From the NCBI GenBank assembly GCA_043228905.1, contig JBHGNT010000007.1:8494001-8558000 (forward strand): 64,000 bases of DNA, read 5' to 3'. The stretch is from Azolla caroliniana (Eukaryota; Plantae; Polypodiophyta). Below the pieces are notes generated by a model. The model was not told the origin of the DNA and ran no database searches. It saw only the letters and a program-made list of their open reading frames with translations. Positions 23,426-36,414 of the stretch are shown in pieces (position 1 is the first letter of the stretch; each line of letters starts with the position of its first letter). A program made the position numbers and the translations under genes.

Positions 23426-26400
23426 GGTTGGTAGGAACTTCTGGATGCGCATTCATCGTCCACCGAGGATGGCAACCCGTATTTGCAAAAAATGGGGAAT
23501 ATCATGTAGAAGAATGGGCTGAGTTGTTGTAAGCGAATTCCGCCAAGTGCAAAAAATCAACCCAATCATCTTTTTGATAGTTGATGAAACAACGAAGATA
23601 TTGTTCCAATGTCTGGTTGGTACGCTCTGTTTGGCCATTTGTTTCAGGATGATAGCCCGAAGAAAGCTTAACTGAAATGTGGAGAAGTTTGAACAGGTGC
23701 TTCCAAATTTTTGAGATGAATTGTGGACCACGATCACTAATAATGTCATCAGGCCGACCATGATGCTTAAATACATCCCGCATAACGAGATCAACTGCCT
23801 CTTGACTAGTAATCGACTTTGTACATGGCAACAAATGTGCCATTTTGGTAAATCGATCAACCACTGTGAGAATTGCATCAAAACCTTTTGAAACTGGGAG
23901 ATCAGTAATGAAGTCCAAGGATATAGACTTCCAAGTAGTTTCCGGAATGGGAAGTGGTTGTAGTAAGCCATAATGTCGGTGATGAGGATTCTTTGATCGA
24001 CAACATATATCACAACTTCGAACATACTCCTCAACAAAATGACGAAGGCGAGGCCACCAATAGTGTCAAGAAATTAATTCTAGAGTCTTGTGAACTCCAA
24101 AATGACTAGCCATTGGTGAGTCATGGCAATGTTGCAAAACTTGTTGCCGTGGGGGACCATCAGGAACATACAATAAATTTTGTCGAAACAGAAAACCACC
24201 ATGCCAATTGAATTGACAATAGTCATTACGAGGATTTTTCGACCGTGAGCAAGAAGCACGATCCAGGACGATATGATCCAAAACATCCTTGGCGAAATCA
24301 TCCGTGGCCATATGATCTCGAATGGAATCAAGAAGAGTGGAATTTTCAAGAGTTGTTATGGCGTTAACTACCATTAACCATAATCGATTAGGACCCAAAA
24401 GGATTTGTTTTTGATGCTCAAATGCAGGTTCCCCTGGACGAAGTTCCATATAAGAGCGCCGAGAAAGAGCATCTGCTTTGCCTTGTTGCATCCCAAGGCG
24501 ATATATGATGATAAAGTCGAAGTGAGTCAAAAATTGCGCCCACCGGGCTTGTCGTCGACTCAAGACTCGAGCATTTTGGAAATAAGTCAGGTTCTTATGA
24601 TCATTGTAGACAATGATCTGCTGAGAAGAACCTTCTAGGAAATGTCGCCATTGTTGAAACGAATCCACGATTGCAAGAAACTCTTTGTCATGGATCTCAT
24701 AGTTGATCTCTACAGCTTCAAACTTTTGTGAATGAAAGGCGACAGGGTGTAATTCTCCATCATCTCTAGTCTGCGAGAGGACACTCCCTAGTGCAAAATC
24801 GGATGCATTGGCTTCGAGGATGAAGCATTTTGTTGGGTCGACATGTGCTAAGATAGGTTCTGTTGTAAATGCTCGTTTTAAGGTTTCAAATGCCTCGGCT
24901 GCATCTGAATTCCATATAAATGGTTGATCTTTATGTGTGAGTTGAGTAAGCGGAAGCACAACCTTGGAATAATCTTTAATAAATTTTGGATAAAAATTTG
25001 CAAACCCGAGAAAACATTGCACATCACGCACTGAAAGGGGCGTTTGCCACTCTAAAATTGCTTGTACCTTCATGGGGTCCATAGCAATACCATTTGACGA
25101 TACAACATACCCCAAAAATTCCACTTGATTCTGGCCGAAACTACACTTTTCTAATTTTGCGTAGAGACCATATTCTCGAAGTCGACGCAGTACTTGACAA
25201 ACATGTTCGTCATGCTCCTCTTGGGTCTTTGAGTAGATTAAAATATCATATAGGTAAACTATAGTGAAGATATCAAGAAAATCTCGAAAAATATCGTTCG
25301 CCATATGTTGGAAAACAGCAGGTGCATTCGTGAGACCGAATGGCATCACTGTATACTCAAAATGTCCATAGCGAGTGAGGAAAGTTGTCTTCCATTCATC
25401 CCCTGGGCGAATCCGAACTAGACTATATGCTCCACGAAGGTCCAACTTCGTGAAATGTTTTGCACCATTGAGACGCTCCAAAAGATTCAGGATTAATGGT
25501 AGAGCATATCTATTTCGTATATAGTCACTTTGTTTAGCCCTCGATAATCCAGGACCACTGAAGAGTCCCATTCTTCTTCTTAACGAAGAAGATAGGTGCA
25601 CCAACAGGGGATCTAGAATGCCGAATGAATCCGTTTGCCAGATTCTCATCAATATATTCCCGCAAAGTCTCTAGCTCTACAGGGAAGAGATTATAAATTG
25701 GGCCCCATGGAGGTTCTTTCCCTGGTTGTAAGTCAATAGGGCAGTTGTATGGCCGATGCTCCAACAATGTATTGGCCTTCACCTTATCAAAGACATTTGA
25801 AAACTCCTTGTATTTCTCTGGTAGTTTAATGTCTGCTTCACGTGAAGTGGATGATGGAGTTGCTATTATTGCAAAGACGAACATGGCCTCGTTCCCCCCT
25901 TCCTTCCGCAATTGTCGTAAAGAGATGGGCGATAACTCTGGGGATCTATTATCACATGTAAGAGAGAGGGATGCGGGGTTTGTGCTTTTTTCCCGGGTCT
26001 CCTAAATTGTTATTTTCATCCAATCAATCTTCGGGTTATGGAGTTCAAACCAGGGGAGACCTAGAACTATTGGGTGTTCCAGACTACGAATAATGTTGAA
26101 AGAGATTATGCTTGCCAAATTGCCAAGAACTATCCTAATTGGCTCGGACTCCTCGACTATATCTCGTGATGCTATGGGACGTCCATCAATGACCCCTACG
26201 ACGACTGGGCTGGGAAGCTTATTCAAGAGGATGTTTTGTGACAAGGCAAATTCACGATCCATGAAACAAGAGTTGGCTCCAGAATCTAGAAGGGTAGAGG
26301 CTAGGACTCGATGACATGTAGATGTGGTAAGCTCGACTTGTGCTGAAAAAACTCGACTCACTTGATTTGATGAAATGGAACCACGACTAGGAACTAACTC

Positions 26401-26447
26401 TACATAGCTAGGATGGTCCAACCAAATGGCTCCTATTTTGGCCGGAC

Positions 26448-27571
26448 TTACTCGTTTAACACATCCTCTAATTGACTCAAGACATCGAATCTATTCTCAT
26501 GGCATGGACTATGAGGCTTATTTATGTTATTAGAAGTAACAATAGAACTCGATGTAGGGTGTTCATGGGCACTTACTTGGTATACTTGATGCCTAGGTTT
26601 ATGTGGACAATTTACAGCTATATGTCCTGGACCGCCACAATACAGGCAAAGGCGATGTGCTCAACGTCGTTGCTTCTCAGCATCTGATAACGGCCCACGA
26701 CGTTGTGTTGACTCTATTTCCATCGCAGTTGGGTCATCCCCTGTAATGGGTCTAGAAACTTGTGGAGGCGTTGTGACTATGGAAGCGTAAGTCTACTCAG
26801 GTTGGCGGTGTAACATTTGTTGGCGCTCAGAACGTTGCTCAAATAGGCAATTATCAATCGCATGGCTCGACTAATGGCTTCTGTAAGTGACTTCGGATCT
26901 TCAGGGAAAGTAAGAAGAAGATCTTTGACATCATTTCTCAAACCTTGATGGAATTGATCCATTAAGGCTGCCTCATCCCAAGGGATATCGCATGCCAAGA
27001 GACAGAAATCGGCTGCATAAGCCGACGTGGGACGATCTCCTTGTCGAAGCCTTCGAATCTTGTTTATCGCGGTCCTAGTGTTGTCGGTGTCTTCGAAACT
27101 AGCTTGAAACTCTTTAACAAATGCCTAAAAATCCTCCAGCAATGGTGATTTCTTCTCGAGAAGTGGTGTGAACCATGCTAACGCCGTACCACATAGTAAA
27201 GTTCCCACTAATCCCACACGAGCAACATCAGTTGGATACCGATTGGGGTGTAGCTGAATAACTAGACGAACTTGATTACAAAAGCCTCGAAATAAAGATC
27301 TCGTACCATCAAAGTTGGCAGGGAGGCTGATCTTTGGCTCTCTAGGGGAGTTCTGAGCCCCTGACGCTTGCTCTCGTAATGACAATATAGTCACCTCGAG
27401 TTGATGAACCCGCTGTGATAACTGTTCATATTGTTGAGCTTTTTCGGCACTCACGTGTTGTAGATCTCCAAGTAGCCTTTGATTCTCATGCTCTAATGCC
27501 AAAAATTTATTTGTGAGCATGTCGAGCTCAGAAAGAACACGCATGTATTCTTGTTTGCTCACGGACTCCAT
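26448..27571 (-). pseudogene. gag: Gag of chromovirus 3 (stops/frameshift)
   Basis: REPKISLPANFDG; homologous to gag of chromoviruses 1 and 2. Confidence 0.9.
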
Positions 27572-27659
27572 AGCTTACGAGGGGAGAGGAGAAGGAAGAA
27601 GAAAACTTGTTAGGGTTTGTGGAAGACGAAGACATAAAAAGAAAAAAATTGGTTCAAAC

Positions 27660-28130
27660 TGTCAAGACTGAGAGAGAGAAAGAGAGAGAAAAAGAGGTAG
27701 AGAGATAATTGAAAGAGAATTATTATATTGAAGCGTAAAATGAATTACAAAGAGTAGGCTACAAAATGGCGTTGAACCAATTTAGGTTTGGGATGGGTGG
27801 TAGATCCCTATTTATAAGTAATAGAGAACATTCTAGAATATTCTAGGTTATCCTAGAATGTAGAGTAATCTAGAAGATCTCTAGAGTATTCTAGAAGGTT
27901 CTAGTGGTATAGAACACTCTAGAATATTCTAGGTCATTCTAGAATGTAGAGTAATATAGAATATTCCTATGATATTAGATTTCATATTCTAAAGACTATA
28001 CATATAAGAATATTAATATAATGGTTAAGGATATGACATGTGTACAACAAGGTCGTGGGTTCAAATCCTTTCGAGTCATAATGTGAGTGTCATGATCCTT
28101 CCGATGCATGATGTGAGTGTTATCATGACA
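27660..28130 (-). repeat. 5' LTR of chromovirus 3
   Basis: Direct repeat of 21649-22119. Confidence 0.95.
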
Positions 28131-28135
28131 AAAAC

Positions 28136-29218
28136 CGGCTGAGTGATTTCGCGTTTGTCGATGTTTTAGCGTGAGTAATCACGGAGATTTTATTCGGATC
28201 GACCGCTATCCCTTGCTGACTATATGGCCGAGGAGAGCCTCGCTGGTAACGCCGAAGCCGCATTTGGTGGGATTCTGGCTTAGGCGTGCGGTTTGGCAAT
28301 GCTCAGGCAAAGCTGCAGATGCGTAAAATGGTCGGTTGTTGTGCCATATAGCCCAAAATCGTCTAAAAGAACTTGCATGAAGGCCGGAATATATTCTCCA
28401 AAAATCTTCGTGATTGTCTGTTGAAATGTCGTCGGCGCCGTCTTTAGCCCGAACATCATGACGACTATGACATAGACTCCCCAGTCCGTGGCAAATGCCG
28501 TCTTCTCTTGGTGGTCGGGGTGCATGCGTACTTGGTTGTACCCACTGAAGCTATCTAAACAGTTGTACATGTCATGCCACGTGACAATGTCCAGTACGCT
28601 ATCGGTGAATGGTAAAGGGAATGCGTTCGTAATGTTTACAACGTTCAATTTCCGGTAGTCCATGCATACATATATTTTTCTATTTTTCTTTGGTACAACT
28701 ACTCTCGGGCTTAACCATGTAGCTTGTTTAACTAGTCGTATGAATCCGGCCTTGAGGAGTTTGTCGATTTCTTCTTTTACGCGGGCCGCGTAGTTTGGGT
28801 TCATACGGTATCGACGCTGCTAGACCGATTTCGCGTCGGTTGCTAAATTGATCTTATGTTGATAGAACTTTGAATCTAACCCCTTCATGTCCTCGTGGGT
28901 CCAGGCAAACACATCTTTATACTTCCTGAGTAGTGCTATCATCGCAGCTCTCTGATTCGGCAACAATTCTTTTGCGATGGAAGGGGAATCGGGGTTCTCA
29001 CGCCGTACCCACATTTACTTCTTCCACGGCTGAAGCGGTGACTTGCAGTGAAATTTCCATTTCCCTCTCGAACGCTGCCCGTGCTCTGCTTAGTTCTAAC
29101 ATTGACTCCGGGTTGGGTTCGTAAGCCTCGTCGTGGAGTGTAGCGGGCGTGGCATATTCCGACGCGGTTTCGATGACGTCGATTTCGAACAACAGAATAA
29201 TCCGAGGGTACTCGTCCA
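28136..29218 (-). pseudogene. pol: Reverse transcriptase of Gypsy copy A (5'-truncated)
   Basis: MNPNYAARVKEEIDKLLKAGFI, FPLPFTD, GYNQV, LDDF. Confidence 0.9.
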
Positions 29219-30681
29219 AAGAATGTGTTTCAACACATCCAAAGAATGGAAGGGTTACATGTGATTGTTTCGAAAAATTGGTGTCACTATTTAATTTTTG
29301 TCAAGTCACTTTGGCCGCGTGGTTAAGGCGTGTGCTTGCTAAGTACATGGGGTCTCTCCGCGAAAGTTCGAATGTCTTAGGTGACGACTTCATGGTAGAC
29401 AAAGTTTCCATACATGAAAAAAATTGAAACGATACACATGATCGCTTAGAATGATTTGTATCAATATTGTCATTGGTTGTATTTCTTGGTGTGAAAATAG
29501 TATCAGATTACTATAATTTAATTTTCCTATATATGTAAACTTCCTCGCGAGTAGACATTCAAAGAAATGAAGGAATACATGTAATTGCTTTGGAAGATTT
29601 TTTGTCACTATTATTCTTGGCTAGATTTCTTGGTGTGAAAACAATATCGGAGACGTACTATTTAATTTCCCTGAACATTTAAAGTTTATATTTTCTTTTT
29701 ATAAGTACTTCCAATTTATGTTTAATAAGTCACATTGGCCGAGTGGTTAAGGCTTGTGCCTGCTAAGTACATAGCGTCTCCTCCTGAGAGTTCGAATCTC
29801 GTAGCTGAGAAATTATTGCAAGATTGTGTATTCATACATCCAAAGAATTGCAGGGTTACATGTGATTGCTTTGATAGGTTTTGTGTCACTATTATCATTG
29901 GTTATATTTGTTGGTGTGAAAACAATATCGGAGTAGTACTATTATCATTGGTTATATTTAATTTTTGTCAAGTCAATTTGGCTGAGTGGTTAAGGCGTCT
30001 GCCTGCTAAGTACATGGGGTGTCACTGCGAGAGTTCGAAACTCTCAGGTGACGACTTCATGGGAGACAAAGTTTCCATACATGCAAAAAGTTGAACCGAT
30101 ACACGTGATCAGTTAGAATGATTTGTATCAATATTGTCATTGGTCGTATTTCTTGGTGTGAAAATAGTATCAATATTGTAATTGGTTGTATATTTTCGTG
30201 CGAAAAAAGTATTCGAGTAGTACTATTTAATTTCCCTAAACATATAAACTTTCTCGCGAGTAGACTGTGTTTCCCTACATCCAAAGAACGGAAAGGATGC
30301 ATGTGATTGCTTTGAAAGATTTGTGTCACTATTGTCATTGTTTATATTTCTTGGTGTGAAAATAATATCAGACTAGTACTATTTCATTACATTTAGACTT
30401 TTTAATGAGTAGACTTTGTTCCATACATCCAAAGAATTGATAGCATACATGTGAATCCTTAGAAAGATTTTTGTCAATATTGTCATTGGTTGTATATTTT
30501 CGTGCGAAAACAGTATTTGAGTAGTACTATTTAATTTCCCTAAAGATATAAACTTTCTCTCGAGTAGACTGTGTTTCCATACATCCAAACAATTGAAGGA
30601 ATGCATGTCAATTGTTCAAAGATTTTTCTTTACTATTGTCATTGGTTATATTTCTTGGTGTGAAATCAATATTGATGTAGT

Positions 30682-31131
30682 CGGGCATGACCATTTAATA
30701 TCCTGTGGTGAGAATTTACCGTGGTATTCTATACACGTGGATAAGTGTCAGGGTTAAACGAGAGTGTAAAGAAGGGGAGGATTACTTTAAATCCTCGGGA
30801 TTGAGACAACCCATTAGGTCAAGTGTGAACTTGCCTGGGGGCCTTGGGTATTGCTATAAATAAGAGGCTTAGCTACCCTCATTTGATCATCTTTTGACAA
30901 CATCGAGACTCTGCTCTTGTGGTGGGTCAACTCTTGTAGCGAGCGCGCCAACACCAGGTACGACTCGACGCCACGGCGGTGGTATGGGACGCCGATCGAC
31001 GCTCGAGTCCGTCTCGATCCCTTCGCTCGGGGGTGGTCGGGTGGATCGGCACCCTTCTTTCTCTTTCTCCTTTCTATCTATCATTTGTTTATCCTTATCT
31101 TAAGCTTACTTTAGTACCTAGATCTCTAATA
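30682..31131 (+). mobile_element. Solo-LTR-like insertion (~450 bp), termini uncertain
   Basis: Non-satellite sequence with CTATAAATA (~30855) and a pyrimidine-rich 3' part; apparent 4-bp duplication TAGT (30678-30681/31132-31135); ends not canonical TG..CA. Confidence 0.55.
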
Positions 31132-32502
31132 TAGTAGTATTTAATTTCCCTAAACATTTAAACTTATACATCCAAAGAATGTGTTTCTATACATCCAAAG
31201 AACGGAAAGGATGCATGTGATTGCTTGGAAAGATTTGTGTCACTATTGTCATTGCTTATATTTCTTGGTGTGAAATCAATATCAAAGTAGTAGTATTGAA
31301 TTTCCCTAAACATTTAAACTTTCTCGTGACTAGACTGTGTTTCCCAACTTTAAAAGAACGGAGTGGATGCATGTGATTGCTTCGAAAGGTTTGTGTCACT
31401 ATTGTCATTGTTATATTTCTTGGTGTGAAAACAATACACTATTTAATTTTCCTAAACATTTAAACGTTCTCGCGAGTAGACTATGTTTCATACATCCAAA
31501 GAACGGAAAGAATGCATGTGATTTCTTCGAAAGATTCATAACATTCTTGGAATTTGTTATATTTCTTGGTGTGAAAACAATATCGAAGTAGGTCTATTTA
31601 TTTCCCTACACATTTAAAATAACTAGCTTTAATTAATTTTATCATGTAATTTCGCCGCGTGGTTAAGGCGTGTGTCTGTTAAGTACATGGTGTGTGCCCT
31701 CAAGAGTTTGAATTTCTAAGGTGATGATTTTTTGCTAGAATGGAAAGGATGCATGGGATTGCTTCGAAAGATTTGTATCACTATTGTCATTGCTTATATT
31801 TCGTGATGTGAAATCAAAATCGAAGTAGTAAAATTTAATTTCCCTAAACAATTAAACTTTCTCGCATGTAGACTGTGTTTCCCTACATCCAAAGAACGGA
31901 AAGCATACATGTATTTGCTTCGAAAGATTTGTGTCACTATTGTCATTGTTTATATTTCTTGGTGTGAAAACAATATTAGAGTATTACTATTTAATTACAT
32001 TTAGAATTTGTAAGGAGTAGACTTTGTTTCCATACATCCAAAGAATTGAAAGCATACATGTGAATCCTTAGAAAGATTTGTGTCACTATTGTCATTGGTT
32101 GTATATTTTCGTGCTAAAACAATATCGGAGTACACTATTTAATGCCCCTAAATTTCACCACTAGTAATTAAGTTTATCAAGTCACGTTGGCCAGGTGGTT
32201 AAGGCGTGTGCCTGCTACGTACATGGGGTCTCCCCGCGAGAGTTCAAATCTCTTAGGTGATGACTTCTTGCAATATTGTGTTTCTATATATCAAAAGACT
32301 TGAAGGGTTACATGTGATTCCTTGGAAAGCTTTCTTTCACTATTGTCATCGCTTATATTTCTTGCTGTGAAATCAATATTGAAGTACTAGTATTTAATTT
32401 CCCTAAACATTTAAACTTTCTCGCGAGTAGATTGTGTTTCTATACATCCAAAGAACGGAAAGGATGCATGTGATTGCTTGCAAAGATTTGTATCACTATT
32501 AT

Positions 32503-33550
32503 TGTGAAATGCTCAAGATGTGAAATGCTCTCAAGAATAGCCTCCTTTTCATTATGTCTCAAGTTACATTTTATAGACTCTCTCTTAGCGTGGAGGGTGT
32601 TCTCCCGCTCCAATTAGCTCTACTAATTATGGGGCTTGGTGGGGGCCTAGTTTGGGTGTGGTGCATGAGGCTTGGTAGGGGCCTAATTTGGGTGTGGTCT
32701 ATGTGTGGTGCATGGGGCTTGGTAGGGGCCTAATCTAGGTGTGGTCCATGTGACCACCACAATTCCCCCTTGTAAAAAAAAAAGTTATTGTGCAGTCGAA
32801 GCGCGACGAGGCGTGGACGACGGTTCCAGACGAGGGGATGACACGGGCGTGGTCGTAGGCATGAGTGTGGGCGGGGGCAGTGGTAGTTGATGGAAGGGCT
32901 TCATGCGAGACTGGTGAGCAAAGGTAGAGCGGTTGTTGGAGGCGCGGCGGAGGAGGTATGTAGTGTCGCGTATCTGCTTTTGAACTTCGAAGGGACCGAT
33001 CCATCGGTGCATGAGCGATTCGCTGAGACCGCGACGACGGATGGGGAAGTAGACGAGGACTTTGTCACCGACGTGGTATTGATGGTCGACACGGCCTATA
33101 TCGTGTTGTCGTTTTTGGCGTAGTTGTGCCTGGTGCAGGTTGCTCGTGATGGCTTTGCGGAGGAGGGGCTGAAGTTGTTGTAGGTGGGACCACCAAGACA
33201 CTGTGTCAGCGTGGAGTCGTGTGGTTGGTTGCGGGACTGCCACTTCTGGGGGTCGTGTGCTGGGGTGGCTTGCCCGTCATCTCCACCAAGATGTGAAATG
33301 CTCAAGATGTGAAATGCTCTCAAGAATAGCCTCCTTTTCATTATGTCTCAAGTTACATTTTATAGACTCTCTCTTAGCGTGGAGGGTGTTCTCCCACTCC
33401 AATTAGCTCTACTAATTATGGGGCTTGGTGGGGGCCTAGTTTGGGTGTGGTGCATGAGGCTTGGTAGGGGCCTAATTTGGGTGTGGTCTATGTGTGGTGC
33501 ATGGGGCTTGGTAGGGGCCTAATCTAGGTGTGGTCCATGTGACCACCACA
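32503..33550 (-). mobile_element. TRIM-like non-autonomous Gypsy derivative (1048 bp)
   Basis: 259-bp LTRs 32503-32761 and 33292-33550 (one difference seen), 4-bp TSD TTAT, PBS TGGTGGAGATG (tRNA-Ala, 33278-33288), PPT complement ttccccctt at ~32763. Confidence 0.92.
32785..33243 (-). pseudogene. Gypsy integrase C-terminal (GPY/F) remnant
   Basis: QAQLRQKRQHD...YHVGDKVLVYFPIRRRGLSESLMHRWIGPFEV. Confidence 0.78.
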
Positions 33551-36070
33551 TTATCATTGCTTATATTTCTTGTTCTTAAAACAATATGGGAGTAGTACAA
33601 TTTAACTTTCATAAACACTTAAAGTTTCAATTTAAATTTTTTAACTAGTTTCAAATTTTATTTTTGTCAAGTCACTTTGGCCGAGTGGTTAAGGCGTGTG
33701 CCTGCTAAGTACATGCGGTCTCCCTGCGAGAGTTCGAATCTCTGAAGTGACGACTTCAATCTAGAAAATATTTCCATTCAAGCAAAAATCAGAAACGAAC
33801 CAGGTGATTGCGTAAAATGATTTGTATAAACATTGTCATTGGTTGTATTTCGTGGTGTTAAAACAGTATCATAGTAGTACTATTTAATTGCCCTACACAT
33901 TTAACATAACAAGTTTTAATTAATTTTATCATGTCCCTTTCGCCGAGTGGTTGAGGCGTGTGCTTGCTAAGTACATGGGGTCTCCCCGCGAGAGTTTGAA
34001 TCTCTCAGGTGACGACTTCTTGCCATATTGTGTTTCCATATATCCAAAGACCGGAAGGGTTACATGTGATTTCTTGGAAAGCTTTCTGTCACTATTGGCA
34101 TCGCTTATATTTCTTGCTTTGAAATCAATATTGAAGGAGTAGTATTTAATTTCCCTAAAGATTTAAACTTTCTCGCGGGTAGACTGTGTTTCTATACATC
34201 CAAAGAACAGAAAGGATGCATGTGATTGCTTGCAAACATTTGTATCACGATTATCATTCCTTATATTTCTTGTTCTGAAAACAATATGGGAGTAGCACTA
34301 TTTAATTTTCCTAAACATTTAAACTTTCAATTTAAATTTTATAACTAGTTTCAAATTTAATTTTTGTCAAGTCACTTTGGCGGAGTGGTTAAGCCGTGTG
34401 CCTGTTAAGTAGATGGGGTCTCCCTGCAAGAGTTCGAATCTCTCAGGTGACGACTTCATTGTAGAAAATATTTCCATTCAAGCAGAAAATAGAAACGATA
34501 CAGGTGATTGCATAAAATTATTTGTATAAACATTGTCATTGGTTGTAGTTCGTGGTGTTAAAACAATATCACAGTAGTAATATTTAATTTCCCTACACAT
34601 ATAACATAACTAGTTTTAATTAATTTTATCATGTCCCTTTGGCCGAGTGGTTAAGGCGTTTTGTCAAGTCACTTTGGCTGAGTGGTTAAGGCGTGTGCCT
34701 GCTAAGTACATGCGGTCTCCCCACGAGAGTTCGAATCTCTCAAGTGACGACTTCATTGTAGAAAATATTTCCATTCAAGCAGAAAACAGAAACGATACAA
34801 GTGATTGCGTAAAATTATTTGTATACACATTGTCATTGGTTGTAGTTTGTGGTGTTAAAACAGTATCACAGTAGTACTATTTAATTTCCCTACACATGTA
34901 ACATAACTAGTTTTAATTAATTTTATCAAGTCACTTTGGCCGAGTGGTTAAAGCGTGTGCCTGCTAAGTACATGGGGTTTCCCCGCGAGAGTTCGAATCT
35001 CTCAGGTGACGACTTCCTGAAATATTGTGTTTCAATATATCCGAAGACTTGAAGGTTACATGTGATTCCTTGGAAAGCTTTCTTTCACTATTGTCATCGC
35101 TTATATTTCTTGCTTTGAAATCAATATTGAAGGAGTAGTATTTAATTTCCCTAAAGATTTAAACTTTCTCGCGAGTAGATTGTGTTTCTATATATCCAAA
35201 GAACGGAAAGGATGCATGTGATTGCTTGGAAAGATTTGTATCGCTATTATCATTGCTTATATTTCTTGTTCTTAAAACAATATGGGAGTAGTACTATTTA
35301 ATTTTCCTAAACATTTAAACTTTCAATTTAAATTTTATAACTAGTTTCAAATTTAACTTTTGTCAAGTCACTTTGGCGAAGTGGTTAAGGCGTGTGCCTG
35401 TTAAGTAGATGGGGTCTCCCCGCAAGAGTTCGAATCTCTCAGGTTACGACTTCATTGTAGAAAATATTTCCATTCAAGCAGAAAACAGAAACGATACAGG
35501 TGATTACGTAAAATTATTTGTATAAACATTGTCATTGGTTGTAGTTCGTGGTGTTAAAACAATATCACAGGAGTAATATTTAATTTCCCTACACATATAA
35601 CATAACTAGTTTTAATTAATTTTATCATGTCCCTTTGGCCGAGTGGTTAAGGCGTGTGCCTGCTAAGTACAGGGGGTTTCCCCGCGTGAGTTCGAATCTC
35701 TCAAGTGACGATTTCCTGAAATATTGTGTTTCCATATATCCAAAGACTTGAAGGTTACATGTGATTCCTTGGAAAGCTTTCTGTCACTATTGTCATCGCT
35801 TATATTTCTTGCTTTGAAATCAATATTGAAGTAGTAATATTTAGTTTCCCTAAAGATTTAAACTTTCTCGCGAGTAGATTGTGTTTCTATACATCCAAAG
35901 AACGGAAAGGATGCATGTGATTGCTTGGAAAGATTTGTATCACTATTATCATTGCTTATATTTCTTGTTCTTAAAACAATATGAGAGTAGTATTATTTAA
36001 TTTTCCTAAACGTTTAAACGTTCAATTTAAATTTTATAACTAGTTTTAATTCAAATTTTATTTTTGTCAA

Positions 36071-36152
36071 GTCACTTTGGCCGAGTGGTTAAGGCGTGTG
36101 CCTGCTAAGTACATGGGGTCTCCCCACGAGAGTTCGAATCTCTCAGGTGACG
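36071..36152 (+). tRNA. tRNA-Ser(GCT), structurally intact
   Basis: Acceptor GTCACTT/AGGTGAC, A box TGGCCGAGTGG, anticodon arm TGTGC-CTGCTAA-GTACA, variable arm GGGG-TCT-CCCC, T arm GAGAG-TTCGAAT-CTCTC, discriminator G. Confidence 0.8.
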
Positions 36153-36332
36153 ACTTCATTGGAGAAAATATTTCCATTCATGCAAAAAACAGAAACGATA
36201 TAGGTGATTGCGTAAAATTATTTGTATACACATTGTCATTGGTTGTAGTTCGTGGTGTTAAAACAGTATCACAGTAGTACTATTTAATTTCCCTACACAT
36301 GTAACATAACTAGTTTTAATCAATTTTATCAA

Positions 36333-36414
36333 GTCACTTTGGCCGAGTGGTTAAGGCGTGTGCCTGCTAAGTACATGGGGTTTCCCCGCGAGAGTTCGAA
36401 TCTCTCAGGTGACG
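36333..36414 (+). tRNA. tRNA-Ser(GCT), structurally intact
   Basis: Complete cloverleaf, intact A and B boxes, CAA just upstream. Confidence 0.82.

Larger units (their letters stand above)
22112..26460 (-). pseudogene. pol: Pol of chromovirus 3 (frameshifted, interrupted at 22716-23425)
   Basis: LDSGA, RT (YLYD, mutated YLDD), RNase H, integrase, GPY, chromodomain EFEIAAALDS...TWEP. Confidence 0.92.
21649..28130 (-). mobile_element. Full-length Tcn1-like chromovirus 3, decayed, with a solo LTR in its integrase
   Basis: 471-bp LTRs 21649-22119 and 27660-28130 (~9 differences), TSD AAAAC (21644-21648/28131-28135), PPT complement ctatcccccttct at 22120. Confidence 0.95.
452..29218 (-). mobile_element. 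Non-chromoviral Ty3/Gypsy LTR retrotransposon (Athila/OTA-like), copy A: 3' LTR, ORF2, integrase, RNase H, RT; 5' half missing; hosts nested insertions
   Basis: LTR 452-908; RT motifs WLSPRVVVPKK, DYRKLN, LDDF at 28136-29218; RNase H/integrase at 19708-21648. Collinear with copy B. Ends abruptly in satellite at ~29218. Confidence 0.88.
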
